This document shows, piece after piece, positions 1 to 13,320 of a stretch of 64,000 nucleotides of DNA. A model generated the notes under the pieces. That model ran no database searches, was not told the origin of the DNA, and saw nothing but the letters and a program-made list of their open reading frames with translations. The stretch is from Marsupella aquatica (Eukaryota > Plantae > Marchantiophyta): assembly GCA_973895155.1 (NCBI GenBank), contig OZ316896.1, positions 10,840,795 through 10,904,794 on the forward strand. Direction: 5' to 3'. A program made the position numbers and the translations under genes. Each line of letters starts with the position of its first letter. Positions within the stretch are counted from its first letter, which is position 1.

Positions 1-1093
1 GTCAATGTCTTGTGAAAATGACTAGTTTGTATTTTATTTTAACTAAAGACAATGTTGCACCAAATGAATTCCAAGTCACCTGCAGCAAAACCACAGCAAA
101 GCAAAGAAAAAAAAACTCATGGGGCTAGAAGCCACAACCACGAACTGCCATACTGCCACCAACCAACCCAAGGGAAAACCCTTGGGCCAGGAATGAATCA
201 TGGTCAGCCACCTAGAGATGCTAAGCTCATGCCTTATAATTTGAAAGGAACAATTATTAACTTTTCACTCAGGGCATGTTGTGCCATCCTAATCATCCCT
301 ATAGTATGTCAGTTACAGACCACAAGCATTACACTTATAAACATAAACTCTGCAAGATGTTTGAAAGCTTTGCGTTTATCTATAGTTAGTACTATCTATG
401 ATCTAAGTCTACAACTCCTGACCTACTCCATAGAGCAAAGCCATAGGCCATAAGTTCTTGAGTAAGAGCGAATTTTGATATTTAGACTCTGTGCCTAAGG
501 AGGGACATGAGGAATCTGGGTACTATGATCATTCCTGTTTCTAGTTCCACCCCCAACAATAGCTATGCCCCTAAAGTACCTGTGCCCCACAGTCATGGTC
601 TAGAGGATTCGCTCTAGACAGTAAGGCTCTTGTTTTAGTTATTGCACATCATTAGATACACTAACTTGATTACCAGTTCCTTGAACTTAAATAGATGTGA
701 CAGCCAAAAAAGTGCCTTTTGTTTTACCTTATCCAAATTTTCCACTCATCTGCCTATCCTTGTTTTTTTTTCCTCCACCCTCCCTTTCAATTATGTTCTT
801 AGAGACATTATTTTTTGTCTGCACTTTCACTTTCAATTATGTATTAGGAGGCAGAATCTAGAGACTTCACTATAGATAATAGGGCAAGGTAGTAGCTTTT
901 GATTGCAATTATATACTTGTAAATAAATAGATAGATAGATTATGGCTAGCAACTCAGGAAAGGGAAGTAAGGGACAAAGTCACCACTCATGGCCTTCATA
1001 GATGGCACCCGCCAAGTCGCGCCAAACCATGCTGAAACCTGGCCCCAGTCAAGAATGAGAACAACAACCCCCTAGTTGTATTGAGAACAACAA

Positions 1094-1135
1094 CCCCCCG
1101 CCCCCCCCCTCCCCCGCACCCCCGCCCCCCCCCCC
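1094..1135. repeat. C-rich homopolymeric tract (potential G-quadruplex on minus strand)
   Basis: Almost pure C runs (ccccccg ccccccccct cccccgcacc cccgcccccc ccccc) seen directly. Confidence 0.7.
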
Positions 1136-1192
1136 GTCTCCTCTCACATCCACGCGTACAGTAGAGGAACCTCGAGCGTATGGCACATTCAG

Positions 1193-1212
1193 TTAGGGTT
1201 AGGGTTAGGGTT
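1193..1212 (+). repeat. Short interstitial telomere-like repeat (TTAGGG)x3
   Basis: ttagggttagggttagggtt read directly. Confidence 0.8.
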
Positions 1213-1699
1213 TGCTCTCCTGGTGTGTCCTCCGCTGTGCTCCTTCTTTGGTGTTGCGCGAGAAGACTTATAATTCACTGCCTCCGAAATCCGCATTTGT
1301 GGAGGCGGTCCTATGGCCGTCGTCACGGTTGCGTCTCGTCGTATTTAAACTCGTTCTCCACTCGCAGGTGTGTTGCTCTTTGGTGGTGCACATGGAGACC
1401 CTAAAATTTGCTGTGTAGACCGAATTCCGAACAGGTGGATGCGGTGCTGTGGCTGTCTCCACGGTTGCCCTTGTCTTACTTAAGCTCGTTCTCTAGTTGT
1501 GGGCTCGGAATTCGTCGCTGATACATGTTGATTGGTGTTCGCTTGTTGAACCACTGGAGAATGTCGAGAGAAGGTTGGAGCATTCGACGCTGGCTTCGTC
1601 GAAATGCTGAATCAGTCTCACTGGGCGTGCCGGTGCAGACACGACTCGCACTGTGTGATTGTTGTTTTGCTTTGTCGGGAAGAATGCCTTCGGCTAAGA

Positions 1700-2600
1700 T
1701 GCTACATTGTGGCTTGTCTTCTTGCTTCCAGCTCCTGTATATGCTGCCTCCGTGGGAGTTCCGCGAGTTTTGTAGTCGGTGGAGGTCGTGCCGCCACTCT
1801 TCTGTTGCGTCGGGTTTATCCTTTCCTATGCGAACCTTCAAGGTTGGACGTCTTCCGTAGGACCGTGTCTTTAGACGCAGCTTCGTGTCAACCGTCGTGT
1901 CAACCCAATCTGTGATCAAGTAGCTGAAGTGCTGTATCCTCTTCTGATCTTGTGTGAGGCTTCCGACACTTTTGAGTCTCTTGCGTGTAGAAACTTACGA
2001 TTTGTATTAGAATGAACGGCCCACGGTATCTGGTGATGGTAGCATACCGGTCTCCGGAGTGACATTGACCATCTCCTCGATGTTGGGCCTAGACAAATGC
2101 ACGGGCTATTGCGACATGGATTGGAGTTCTGAATCTCCTTAAGCCATTACTGAAGCCGGTCGACACTGACCATCAAATCAGTTTCCAGATAGATCTGGGA
2201 GGATCTCTATAGAGCTGCAGCATTCAAAAGGTCTTTCATCGCCAGTGCTCATGTGATGTTGTGGTCACGGGATTGATGACTGAGAGAACTATTTTATTCG
2301 ATTTTGCTCCAGTACACTGAATCTGAACAGACTGGTGGCTGAGAACGTTTGGTTTTTCGATTCTTCTCCTGTACATTGAATCTAAAGTTAATGGTTCCAG
2401 ACTGCCTGTGCCAGAGGTGGCAGATCTCGGACACCCGCAGGTGTTTTGAGGTACATCCTAAGGCTGGCAAACGTTTCGTACACGATATTCATTAGGATTG
2501 TTTATCCATTTCGGAATCCGAGGTTTAGGCAATCAGCCTGAATGGCCTGGAAGTTTCCATATGGCAAGTTCAAGCCTGCTGGATCAGTTTAGTGTAGACT
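1700..2600 (+). pseudogene. Possible decayed F-box/LRR-like gene
   Basis: LLYMLPPWEFREFCSRWRS (ORF 1525-1860) loosely resembles an F-box core. A diverged ~58-nt repeat at ~2283-2400 gives LxLxxLxxxxV-like peptide. Many stops; weak inference. Confidence 0.25.
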
Positions 2601-4793
2601 CGCCAGATGAGTAAAACTTTTGTTGAATGGTCTCTTTGTCTTCTTTATGTTTTGTACTCTATTTGTTGGTTCGGTGTTTTGTACTTTTCTAGCTGTAGTA
2701 TAGTTTGGTAGCGTGGATCAGGTCGAGTCTCAAAAAGATCTCTGTCGTAAAGGAGACAACGATACGTTTTCTAGTGTGGATCGTGATATATTAAACTAGT
2801 TTTGCGAAAAGGAAGATCTCTTCCGTAAAGAACAACCACTAATGACATACCTTCCAGATCTTGAATTGGGATATCATTACATGTCGAGCGTAATCCACCA
2901 GAGGCCGATTGGGCCCACGCTATCTTATTACGAGTTGGCACCCACAAAAGTGATCAATACTATCACAATCATTATCCAATTCAAAATTTTATTCTGCTGG
3001 CTCGCGTTCCGGACTTCTAACTGAAGGGGCTCTATGTTGGCACTTGACAGGCTTGCCAACTCTTTCCCTTCCAAGTCCCAACACGTTGGACTATCAGGTA
3101 AACGAGGGTGGTTCTTATGACCGTCTAATTCAGAAAAACGACAGTCCATTCTGATTGAAGAAAATTAATTTTCTATGATGAAATGTGACTAGTACAGGTG
3201 TAAGGATCCAAGGTGTCAGACGAAGCAGAAGTTAGAAAGCAAAGCTTGAGAAGAAGCAAGATCAAAATGCACATGATTAAACATCTATGATATGATAAAC
3301 AAATGTTGCAAAGATTGAAAGAGTACAATGGGTTGTAGAGTACTAAGACTTCAGAGAGGTGCAAACTGTTCAAACACGTTGAAGAGTTCACATTTCACAA
3401 TAGTGTATCACAATTATGTTGAATAGATTGAAAGACTGGGCACGAGAGGGCAGAGCGGATGAGCCGCAACGCATCTAAAACTTCAGAAAGATGCAAACAA
3501 TTCCAACACTATGGGGCGTCGGGATTTTACAAGGAGTGTATTACAGCCTGGAAGGAAATGATCACGAAGTGGCAGATACTCTGCCCAAGAGCAGGCTCCA
3601 AATGTCATAAGAACGTGTTCAAGATTTCAGTAGACGAACGTGTCTAAAATTCCATTCAGAATGGCCTAGCTGGTCGTATACCACTCTGAAAAGCTCTTAA
3701 GAGGAATGTGCTTTCACACATTGTGGCATTTTTTGATCAAGAAAGGTGAAAGAAGACTTCCCTTAACCTACCTCAGTGAAGTATGGTGCACAGCTCGAGT
3801 GGCCAGGAGACCAGCTTGAGTGGCCAGGAGACCAGGTGATTAGGAGGTTGAGTACTTGTGAGTTCGTTGGTCTCAAATTCATCATGAATGAGTGCCCAAG
3901 GGAACTTAGGTCCAGCGAACCTTAAGTTCAATCATGGACCAGACAACGCTTCTCCATTTTAGACTACAGTGTGACGATGAGTTCTGCTTCTGCATACTAC
4001 ATTTGCTATAAGGACTGGTATTTCGGTGATATGTGCTTGTGGCTTGTTCTTGGGCGGTGTCCTCTTCAAAGGAGGATAAAAGCTAAAAAACCTACTTTCA
4101 TGAAATTCCAAAATTTAAAATACCCTCTAAGCATTAAACTGTCTTGTCAACTTTCCTCTTGTATAGTATTCTGTGAATGATGCTGCCCATAACCCCATTG
4201 TATCGTGCATAAAGCAGTGTCATGAGCGACGCAATTCCGAATTCAAGTAAACGGATGCAAAACAATGCCCAAATTCATGTAAAGCTACCTGGACTAATCT
4301 TCAAACTGAGCTTTTAACTTGTAGTACATTGATCGTAATCCTTGTTTTGAATATTATTTGTTCAATCGTGTGATCTTTCTTGGTCCTTTCATGTTTTCAT
4401 AAGGTAAGATTAGTTTTGTGCCATGTTCGATGAGCAAATCAATGAATGGGAACAAATGATAACACATTATGAATATAAATTTTCTCAATCAACTAACTAC
4501 AACCTAAAAGTTTCGAATGATCCAATGAGGGCTTTCTTACTTGTGACTGAATTGTTGGGGCAATCTTCCAAAAAGAAGTCCTTATAACCTCTAGTGTCCA
4601 GCAACCCAGATGAAGCTTTTTAGAAACGTGCCTAGAGGATTAAGAAAAAGGCATTGTTCCTAAGTAGAATATATTTACAGACCCTGATGGATTACATGAT
4701 AATAAATCACTAATTGTTTATCAAAATGGACTGCAACGGTAAATTTCAGAATGCAAAGCACTCAAATGTAAGAGCCAAATTTCGGAAATGTCT

Positions 4794-4882
4794 GAACCAC
4801 CTAGCCTCTCAAGGTGGTCTACAATGCTAGACAAAATATGAACCACCTAGCCTCTCAAGGTGGTCTACAATGCTAGACAAAA
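4794..4882. repeat. Tandem duplication, ~46-bp unit x2
   Basis: tgaaccacctagcctctcaaggtggtctacaatgctagacaaaa occurs twice. Confidence 0.9.
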
Positions 4883-5804
4883 CAAGCACTTGGCCCCCCT
4901 TTTGTCAATTAGGATCAATTGACATCATACATGGGTCCCCGTTTTCTTTCGTTGTGGAATCCAGATTAATATTAGAGCGAATAAAAACAACACAATAAAC
5001 GAATATTCTTGTAAAGCCACCTTAATGTCTTACACAACAATATGGAACTTCCAGACGATTTCTTTATCAGCAAAGGTGTCTAAAAATGAATTAGGACCTG
5101 TCATGAGCCAACACTTGTTGGCGGGGAAGCATGTGAGAGCTGTCATCAGGCAACATTGTGGGACGGGGAAGCGTGTGAATTAGGAGCTCTCTTGAGCTGA
5201 CAATGCGGTGTGGGCGGCGCAAGCAATGGTTTCCTAAGCACTGATTTTTCCCTGTTTTCCCTGTATTTTGGGAGGTGAAAATGGCCAATATGCCTCTAGA
5301 AGTGAAAACAGGTGGGATACACCTTATAAATTTAACTCAAATAATGGACAACCGCTAGATATTTCCTGATCTTTAGGATATCCGTAAACCAACTGCAGCT
5401 AACGGCAGATTTTTGGCAAATTCCACCTGTTTTTTTCTAGATTTTCCTTTGTGTCATTCGTCGGTAGCGTCGGTAGCTTGAGGAGGTAACATTTTGCTGA
5501 AATTCCGCAAACTGTTGGCCCCAAGATTATCTTCTTAGTCGGAAAAGGTGACATTGAGCCACCATGGACACAGGTCATTGCCCCTCTTGGACTGAATTCA
5601 TTAGAGACGGCCATACTGGTCCAGTGAGGCGGTGGGAGCCCACTCGAGATGGGCTGTACTACTGAGAGGTTGGCTTTGGAGTAGCAGACGCCACCCGGTA
5701 GTTATCTTCCAGCTCAAAGCAAAAGTTATCTTCCAGCTCACTCGTCTAGGACGGCCTACCGGCTAAAGCACGATCTATCTTTCTTGTTCATGGGTTCAGG
5801 TTTC

Positions 5805-5903
5805 AATACAACCAAAGTTCTTCAGACGGCAACAGGTTTGAATACAACCAAAGTTCTTCGGACTGCAACAGGTTTGAATACAACCAAAGTTCTTCGGACT
5901 GCA
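5805..5903. repeat. Minisatellite, 36-bp unit x~3
   Basis: aatacaaccaaagttcttc(a/g)gac(g/t)gcaacaggtttg repeated. Confidence 0.9.
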
Positions 5904-8900
5904 GAGTAAAGCTCCCAAGCATTAATATGGTATCAAACATCTCTGATCAACTTGTTTTGGTTAAAAGATGCTGGAGTTCCGAAAAGGATTGCTTTCCTGA
6001 ACAATCGAAAGCGGACATTCAAATCCATCTGTCTTCTAAACCATGACTGGTCAATTAGTTTTCCTGAACTGTTGAAATCGAACATTCAATAAGTGGTGCA
6101 TTCTTTTACTTTCTGATGTGACATTGAAAACACATCGCTACAACATATCTTGACGACTAGAAGCTAATTGTAGTCAACATAGGCACGTACTCAGATGAAA
6201 CACGAGGTTCAAGATCTAATTCTCTTTCGGATCGCGTACCTCCTGTTGTTGAGATTAAAACTCCTGTCACCGTCAGGTTAAGCAACCAGACCTGCGGCAG
6301 GCGCCATCTAGCTGCTGCTACGTACGTCGACATAAATCTCTCTGGTGCAACTCTGATTACTGAGAGTCAGCTGTGAGAACTCGGCAAGGTAGTACTTAAG
6401 GTACATGAGGCTCGTTAACACCCAAGCCTGCTCTTGTCAAGATCGAACACAATGAGTAAATTCTCCTTCGCATAACTGCCGATGATGTGTATATTGTGAC
6501 TAGCTGGACTCTCGTGTTTCGATCGTAGACCACATATCGGGATATTAATGTATGAGGAAACTGTCCTTGGATTGATAGGAATATTTCGATTTCTTCCTGC
6601 CAGCACCTATTGTTTCCATTAAGACCCCCGGATCCAAACTGTTTCCATGTGAATTGACACAGTTGAGCCTCCATCAGAGACATGGCCGTCCAATTGAACC
6701 CCACGAACCTTGGAAATCCTAAGGCAGGGCAATGCGGAGTTAAGCTAGCAGTCAACCATTTTTGCATAACTTCCGGCTTACTAAACGGATTGGCAGTTGG
6801 TAACGAAAAATGTTATGCAAGGCATGCAGAAATATGAAGTGAATGTGGTGCAGCTGGTGTTGGGAGCGCCGAAATACAAGGGGGGCTTAAATGTTTCAAA
6901 GAGGAGATCTGAGAACGTCTATCGTTTTCATGAAAGACAATGCAGCGGCCCTTAGTTTTCTATCCCAACGATTCATGGTTCAGACGACGGATTCCTTCCA
7001 TTATTGCATCATAAAAATCCTTTAGCAATTTGGAAATGAATGGCATCGTATTACAAGGCTTGCCTTATCTCTATTAGTGCCTTAGTTTCCAATCTCCTCA
7101 TCGTCAAGATTTCCCAGTTATGCACAATTTAGCCCGCAATTGAGATCATGGCTTGATGATCGTGGCCTGACTGCGCTACAGCAGTGCAAGAGCTAGGGAC
7201 ACACTGTCGACTTCATCTGTTACAAGATTTTCGTAGATTTTATTCTGCTCGGGAAGTGTGATTGCTCCAATTTCGGGCATTAATTTGTAGACGGACGCAT
7301 GCAAACAGATTGTTTGTCAAAGCCCAAATTTCGTGCAATTGTTACGAACTCTATCCATGCAGAAAATCATCACTACAGATCAAGAGAGGCGGATATAATT
7401 ATTTAGAGGTGCACGACAAGACCATCCTTTCAATCCATCCTGTTTTGGGGTACAGAAACTAAATCAATTTCTTTCATTCAGTCAATGCAGAATTCAAAGC
7501 GCAGATGGCGTTGGAGAATGAGCGAGGAATTCTCTCAGCCACAGCGAGAGTATCACAAATGTCCAAAGTTACAGCATACTAGATAACATTCAAAATTGGG
7601 ACCTGTCCAATGAGTACAAAATCTGAAAACCGGAACATCTCGCTGAGGCTGACGCTGTGGGAGTCACTAAGACTCGAAAGCAGTTCAATCCTGGCGAGCC
7701 CTATGCAAGAGTATTGATAGGACTGTGTAACCGGAAGAGGAGCTTACAACATTCTTTTGAAATTTGTGATCCAAAACGGGGAGGGCCCCAGTGGATCCAA
7801 AATGACCCAGAATCAATATAGAGAATCCCTGGCTTGAGCTTCTAAACTGAAGCACGGCCGTCAATGAGGGAGAGAATCATACCAAAAGAAGGAGCCTCTC
7901 CTAATGAGTCATGACCTTCGAGCTTCTTAACAGTGCAAGCACGCCCGTCGATCAGGGCGAGCCAGAATCATACTTTAGATGTTTGTCCAAGCTAGGACGA
8001 CCTGTAGGACCTCCGCTGTTCCTGTTCATGGAAGATGAAGAGTGATTTCGGCATGTCAAAAGCCACCACGGAAGCAAAGCATTCCAGCTCTTTATGCATT
8101 CAACTTTAGATTCCACCAAACCGTGAAAAGGGGGCAATGGACAGGACGAACATGCCAGCAGCAGAATCCGCGGTCAAAGTGCTCAACAGTCATGATGCAG
8201 AACCTGATACAGTAGTATCTGATATTCTCAGCAGCGCCGTATTCCTTACACAAACCCACTACCCGTCTACCCTTGCTGGATATACCCAGACTCGTCATGC
8301 CATTCCTTGTGCACAAGCATTGTCTAAAAGTTAAATAAATTACCAAAAATATTAGCACCTATGGGTTCACTCTAGCAGTCTGCGCAGTGAACCTTAAAGA
8401 TTAAATAATTTACTAGAACGATGTTTATGGACTTGTAGGTTGCGGATTACCCGTTTAATCGTACGGTGAAGCCCTTTGTGGGTGCACCCCTTGCTGTTGA
8501 TGCGAGTGACTATTCCGTATTCTTCAGGCATATTGTGCACCCGAACTATTAGCCTAAATGGTAAATTAAGACCTATGGCTTCACTCCAGGAGGATGCAGT
8601 GAACCCTTAGATATTGTTTACTTATTAGAGAAATTAGCATCTATGGTTTCACTCTAGGAGTAGGCCGTGAACCTTATATTTTGATTCCACATTTTTGTAC
8701 AGATGGTGTATATTGTACCGGGACTCACTGCCGGGGTCTCTGCCATATGGCTAGTTACCCAACTTGCTTCGGATTGCTACTTTTTAGGTCTTTATTTATG
8801 TTTTGATTGTATCAGTCTATATATGAGTGTCTGTTCTTTGCAAGTTCATCTGTCTAGCTAACTAACCCCATTTAAAAACTGTTTGGAATTTCCTTTTTCT

Positions 8901-9889
8901 TTTGGTTCCAAATCAATGCCCCTGTTTAGCTTTATCTCCCTGTTACTAAAGTTTTTATTACATCTTGACATTTTTCTGTCCATACAATTATTTTTGATTG
9001 CATGCTACCATTCATGACTTATTCCGTAGAGTGAGGCCGTAAATGGTCTGGGAACAAAAACTGAACTACTCCACAGAGTGAAACCATAGGTCATCATTTC
9101 TCTGGTAGCAATGTTTTCTTAATAGTTAGGCTATGTTTATGAATATTGACGGGCATGGAAGTCTGGGTATAGGGAGTATTTGGGCTAGTGTAATCAAGTC
9201 CCTACATCAGACTTTTGTCAAAAGACCTCTGGGGAGGAAAGAGTCCACCCACGCTTGGCTACATGAGCAGCCTTGAATTCAATTGTGAAAGAAATTATTA
9301 TATATATTCGAGAAGAATCTCTAATTGATGTCCAACTCTTATTCTTTATACACTTATTTTATTTGTCCAAGTCCGTTATAACAAAATAAAATACTCTGCC
9401 CTATTTGACTGAATGTTATCCACTCTCACTTACTTTACATCCTATGGAGGACAGTTGTTGGCTTACATTAATTTAAGTTCTTATTGTGACGGTCCAATAT
9501 TCTGTCGCAACTTTATGAACTCTAGTTGGTAGTTCAGTTTAATGTAATCACATAGCTTGGGTCATTGGCCTGGTAAATATTAGCCCAAAACACCTTTGTA
9601 TGCATTAGGAAGGGCCAGATATCAGATTCTCCATGCATATCCCTACTCACAAGCATAGCACAAAATTATGTTTTATAAGAGAAATGACGGCTACTACTTC
9701 ACTCTCCTGAGTAGGTCACCAATGGTACTATGGTAGACATCAAAATTGTATTATTGTATAGACAGATAGATTTCAGGAACTACAAATGTAATCTGGCACA
9801 AAATCCAAAGTTTCCTTTCTTGGTTTTGTTATTTTTCCACTTTGCCATTGGATTCTTGTCATTGGAATCTTTATTGTGACCATTTGAAT

Positions 9890-10790
9890 TTGTTTTTTTA
9901 TTTACCTAATAAGAAACAATAAATCTCTTTCTGTTTTTGTACAGGACAAAATAACTACAGGATGCGAGTTCAAGATGGACCCTCGATATGCTACATTGTG
10001 AACTGAGCCTGCCACTGGTTTTGTAGCCTCTCTTTACTTCCCAGCCTCTAATCGCAATTAGACAGAATTGAATGTGGCCTAGCAGTGAAACATAGTAACA
10101 CACCCTAGGAGACAACTTGATTCTCTATCTACTTGGGCCTACTCTAGATGATCAGCACTTGTAGGGAAAGAGATGTATTAGGGGGATGTGAGTGCTAATT
10201 GTGGAGAACATTCCATGGTCGAGCCATAAAGGATCCAGTGGGCTATCTAATGGGACAGGTCAAGAGATGATTATACTTTTATTGGCCCAACCAAGGGCGG
10301 GCTCGTCACCTAAGTACCAATGTCCCTCAACAGATCCTTGACAGGATGTGGGGCGGCCAGCTTATGGCTTACCCTAGCCCTGCCGCACAAGAGTTGTCTG
10401 TTGAATTTTCCTGCAGCCCGTAGGACTTTTTTGGAGAGTACTACTTTGCTCCAATGCAAGCCCCATTGTAGAAATTTGGGGGTTGTCAAGCTCCCAAATG
10501 GCATTGCTCGTTGTCTGCCACCTCTTGGAGGTCTCTGTCTCCAAGTGGAGTGACTTCTCCACACTATTCCGGCTCTTGATGCATAACTATCTTTACTCTG
10601 TATTCCTCTGAGAACTCCAGACAAATGTAGGTTTCATGAGACTTGTCAGCAAATGGTGCAATTTGTGCCAGAAAACTGTGTCCAATTGCCCCCAAACAAC
10701 TTCTCCCCTTGCCCACATGCCAAAGAGGATTTTGAGATATGAGTCGTTAGAAAGTCCAGGGAATGGCCAGATTGATACTTTCATGGCACT
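9890..10790 (-). mobile_element. Degenerate 5'-truncated LINE remnant
   Basis: Minus strand ends in an A-rich tail (taaataaaaaaaac, ~9892-9905). The stop-riddled translation *IENQVVS*G resembles the W.ERNxxVF motif at the end of plant LINE ORF2. Inference. Confidence 0.4.
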
Positions 10791-11161
10791 CAAAAACTTA
10801 AGAGTGGGAAATCAAATGGTGAGAACCCGGGTCCAGACCCTGACCATACAAAAGGTCAAATTTAACATTTTGAGATACAAAGTTATTGTTGTTATGCATG
10901 GCATTTTCAAGTAGAACACATTAAATACCAGTTGTTGGTCTGTGAAATAGTGCTTAGAGATGTTTTGCGGTGGTTAGCTCAATGTGATTCGAATTATGAC
11001 TTGTTAGGATTGTTTGAAACAGCTCGGTCAAGTTATGGACTGGTTTGTAATGATATGAATTAGAATCCTGGCAGTTCAAAAATTAATCTTTTGCTGTTGA
11101 AGACTTGAAGATCTTGACTCAGGTCACTGCTAGTGTAGTATACCAAACTAGTGACATACTA

Positions 11162-11564
11162 TTGTCTTCCCCCGAACACAACGCCATGGCCTTGTATTTG
11201 AATAGTGGACCATGGGGCGCTCTATTTGAATAGTGCACCAGGGACGTTGTATTTAAGTTTTGACTATGTGATTTCCTTTTTTGTATCTGGAAGGCGTTGT
11301 GTTTGAAATGGTTATTGTCTTTGAATATTGACATTGGCATATGCTTCTTGAATTTTTTATTATTTGTGCTCAATGTAGAACACTTTAGGGTCACATCTCG
11401 AATAAGGTGTTCAAGTCGAACACAACGCCAATATTCAAACACAATGCCCGGGCACTCAGTTAAATGAAGTTGTGTTTGAAGAAAAAAAAAAAATTTCTTA
11501 TGAAGACCTCAAGAAATCCATTTTTGAACACAACACCCGGGCGCTGTGTTTGGGGGAAAACAGG
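11162..11564. mobile_element. Tc1/mariner-type (Stowaway-like) MITE
   Basis: TIRs gtcttcccccgaacacaacgcc / ggcgctgtgtttgggggaaaac. TA on both flanks (11160-61, 11565-66). Internal copies of (g/a)aacacaacgcc in both orientations. It interrupts one copy of the neighbouring ~153-bp repeat. Confidence 0.65.
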
Positions 11565-11579
11565 TAGTGCATGTTGTGT

Positions 11580-11885
11580 CACCCACACCCTCGCTAGGTT
11601 TTGATTAAGGCATTCTTTTATGACCGCTCGAAAGTGAATTTATTAATCTCTTGCAGTCAAAGATTTTGACACAGGTTACTGCTAGGGTAGTATACCGACA
11701 TAGTGATATACTACTCTAGTGCATGATTTGTGTTGCCCATACCGTTGTTAGTTTTGAACAAGGCATACACTCATGGCCGCTTGAAAGTAAATTTAATTGA
11801 TCTTTTGCGGTCGAAGATGTCGACCCAGGTTACCGCTAGGGTACTATACCGAAATAGTGACATACTACTCCAGTGCATGATTGTG
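11580..11885. repeat. Diverged tandem repeat, ~153-bp unit x2 (third partial copy ~11120-11160)
   Basis: caggttac(t/c)gctagggta(g/c)tataccga..tagtga.atactactc.agtgcatgatt at ~11672 and ~11826. Confidence 0.8.
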
Positions 11886-12799
11886 TCGCCCATAGCCTCA
11901 ACAGTTGGGAACAAGGCATCCACTGCTGCTTCGTCTACAGTCATCTTTGCCTGAATATCATGCAAACTGGAGAGGGAATTACTGTGGGCCAGCTCAAGAG
12001 AATAAAAAGGGATCGTGCCGTGCGGGCAGGGCAGTCCAAGAAGAGGAAAGGAATGACGTCGGGCACGGACCCAGAAACTTGGTGTAAACGATGCAACAAC
12101 AGTGACCGTTTACCGACGCAGTCTACAGTAATTGAATTCTTTCTCAGTGGGGCTGGGCAGTGGGTTGAGTGGGGCACCACCTAGGGCTTGGCCTCTCTGG
12201 TACAGGCTGCAGCCCCTGAAAAAGTTACTTTGATGGAACATGTCCACGTTTTTCCAGTGGCCAAAATTCGGCAAATTTTATTTCACTGAAAAGTAAACAG
12301 TTATAGTTATTTGCATGTAAATTTTTCTCGAGGCCTTTCGTGAAAACAATGCTGCTCCCATGGACCTTGCAACCAGGACTGGTATTTTTACAGAGAAAAG
12401 TGCTATCTGAGACGGAGACAGGTTCTCCTACAGTCTATCTGGGTTTCCCTGGTACATCCATGCATTTAGTCAAATGGGTGGGTGTATAGGGTTTTCACTT
12501 TAGGTTTTTTTGGTGTCGGATTGGCAAGTTCCCACCCAGCCACACCCTGTTCAAGTCCCTGTTAGTTAGAATGTGGCCATTAATTATCCCTAACTCTAGA
12601 GACATCTACGGATCTACCCACCAAAAAGAATATATGAAAACTAGGTACTGAACATTCTTAGTCTTTTCTATTTTACACCTGGTAAAAAGTAAATATCATC
12701 TACTTTGCCATTTTCTTAGTGGAAAGTATTCACCAACGTTCACCTTGAAAATTCTTAATTTTTTTTTTGCCTTGAAAATCTTAATTTTTTGCCTTGAAA

Positions 12800-13320
12800 A
12801 CACCAACGTTCACCTCACTGAAAAGTTTTTCTCACTTTTGGCAAAACTTCTTCGGGTTTTTTGTCTTCCATTGGCCCATTTGACACCTAGGCATAGACCC
12901 ACTAATATGAATCTGACTATTATCCTTAAATCTAGGCAGATCTAATATCAAAAGTAGTCATTAGAGAAGATTCCTATTTTCATCTCCTTCATCTAGGGTG
13001 ACATTCGCCAGGTCATAAAACGAAACCATTCTAGTACTCATAGCCGTTGAAATTTACTTTGAGGGTACATGCCAGCAACTTTTGTTTAGCTGCAAAAATT
13101 AGCCGAACTTCACCTCATTGAAAGTTTTTGTCCCTTTTGGGGAGAATTCTTTAGGTTTGTTGTCTTTCATTAGCCCGTTTCCGACCTGCCACGGAGCCCA
13201 TCAGTGACAGTTATTTTTAAATCTAGTGAAATCTAAGGATCAATATTAGCCCAGAAAAATCAGATAAAAACTATCCTTACCTTCTTCTCCTTCACACAAG
13301 GTGACATTTGCATTTGTCAC
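12800..13320. repeat. Diverged direct duplication, ~290-300-bp unit
   Basis: ttcacctca(c/t)tgaaa..ttttt...tgtctt(c/t)catt(g/a)gccc at ~12810 and ~13110, and aaatctag...ggtgacatt in both units. Confidence 0.6.

Noticed and set aside
5805-5903. 36-bp repeats as a CRISPR-like array (also considered 8350-8670, 21690-21855, 60165-60345)
   Set aside because: Units are contiguous or irregularly spaced without unique equal-length spacers; eukaryotic context with no cas genes.
6396-8334. ORFs 6396-6767, 7952-8137 and 8137-8334 as genes or as paralogs of the 54104 family
   Set aside because: No recognisable motif or convincing alignment by eye; may be a decayed gene but cannot be supported.
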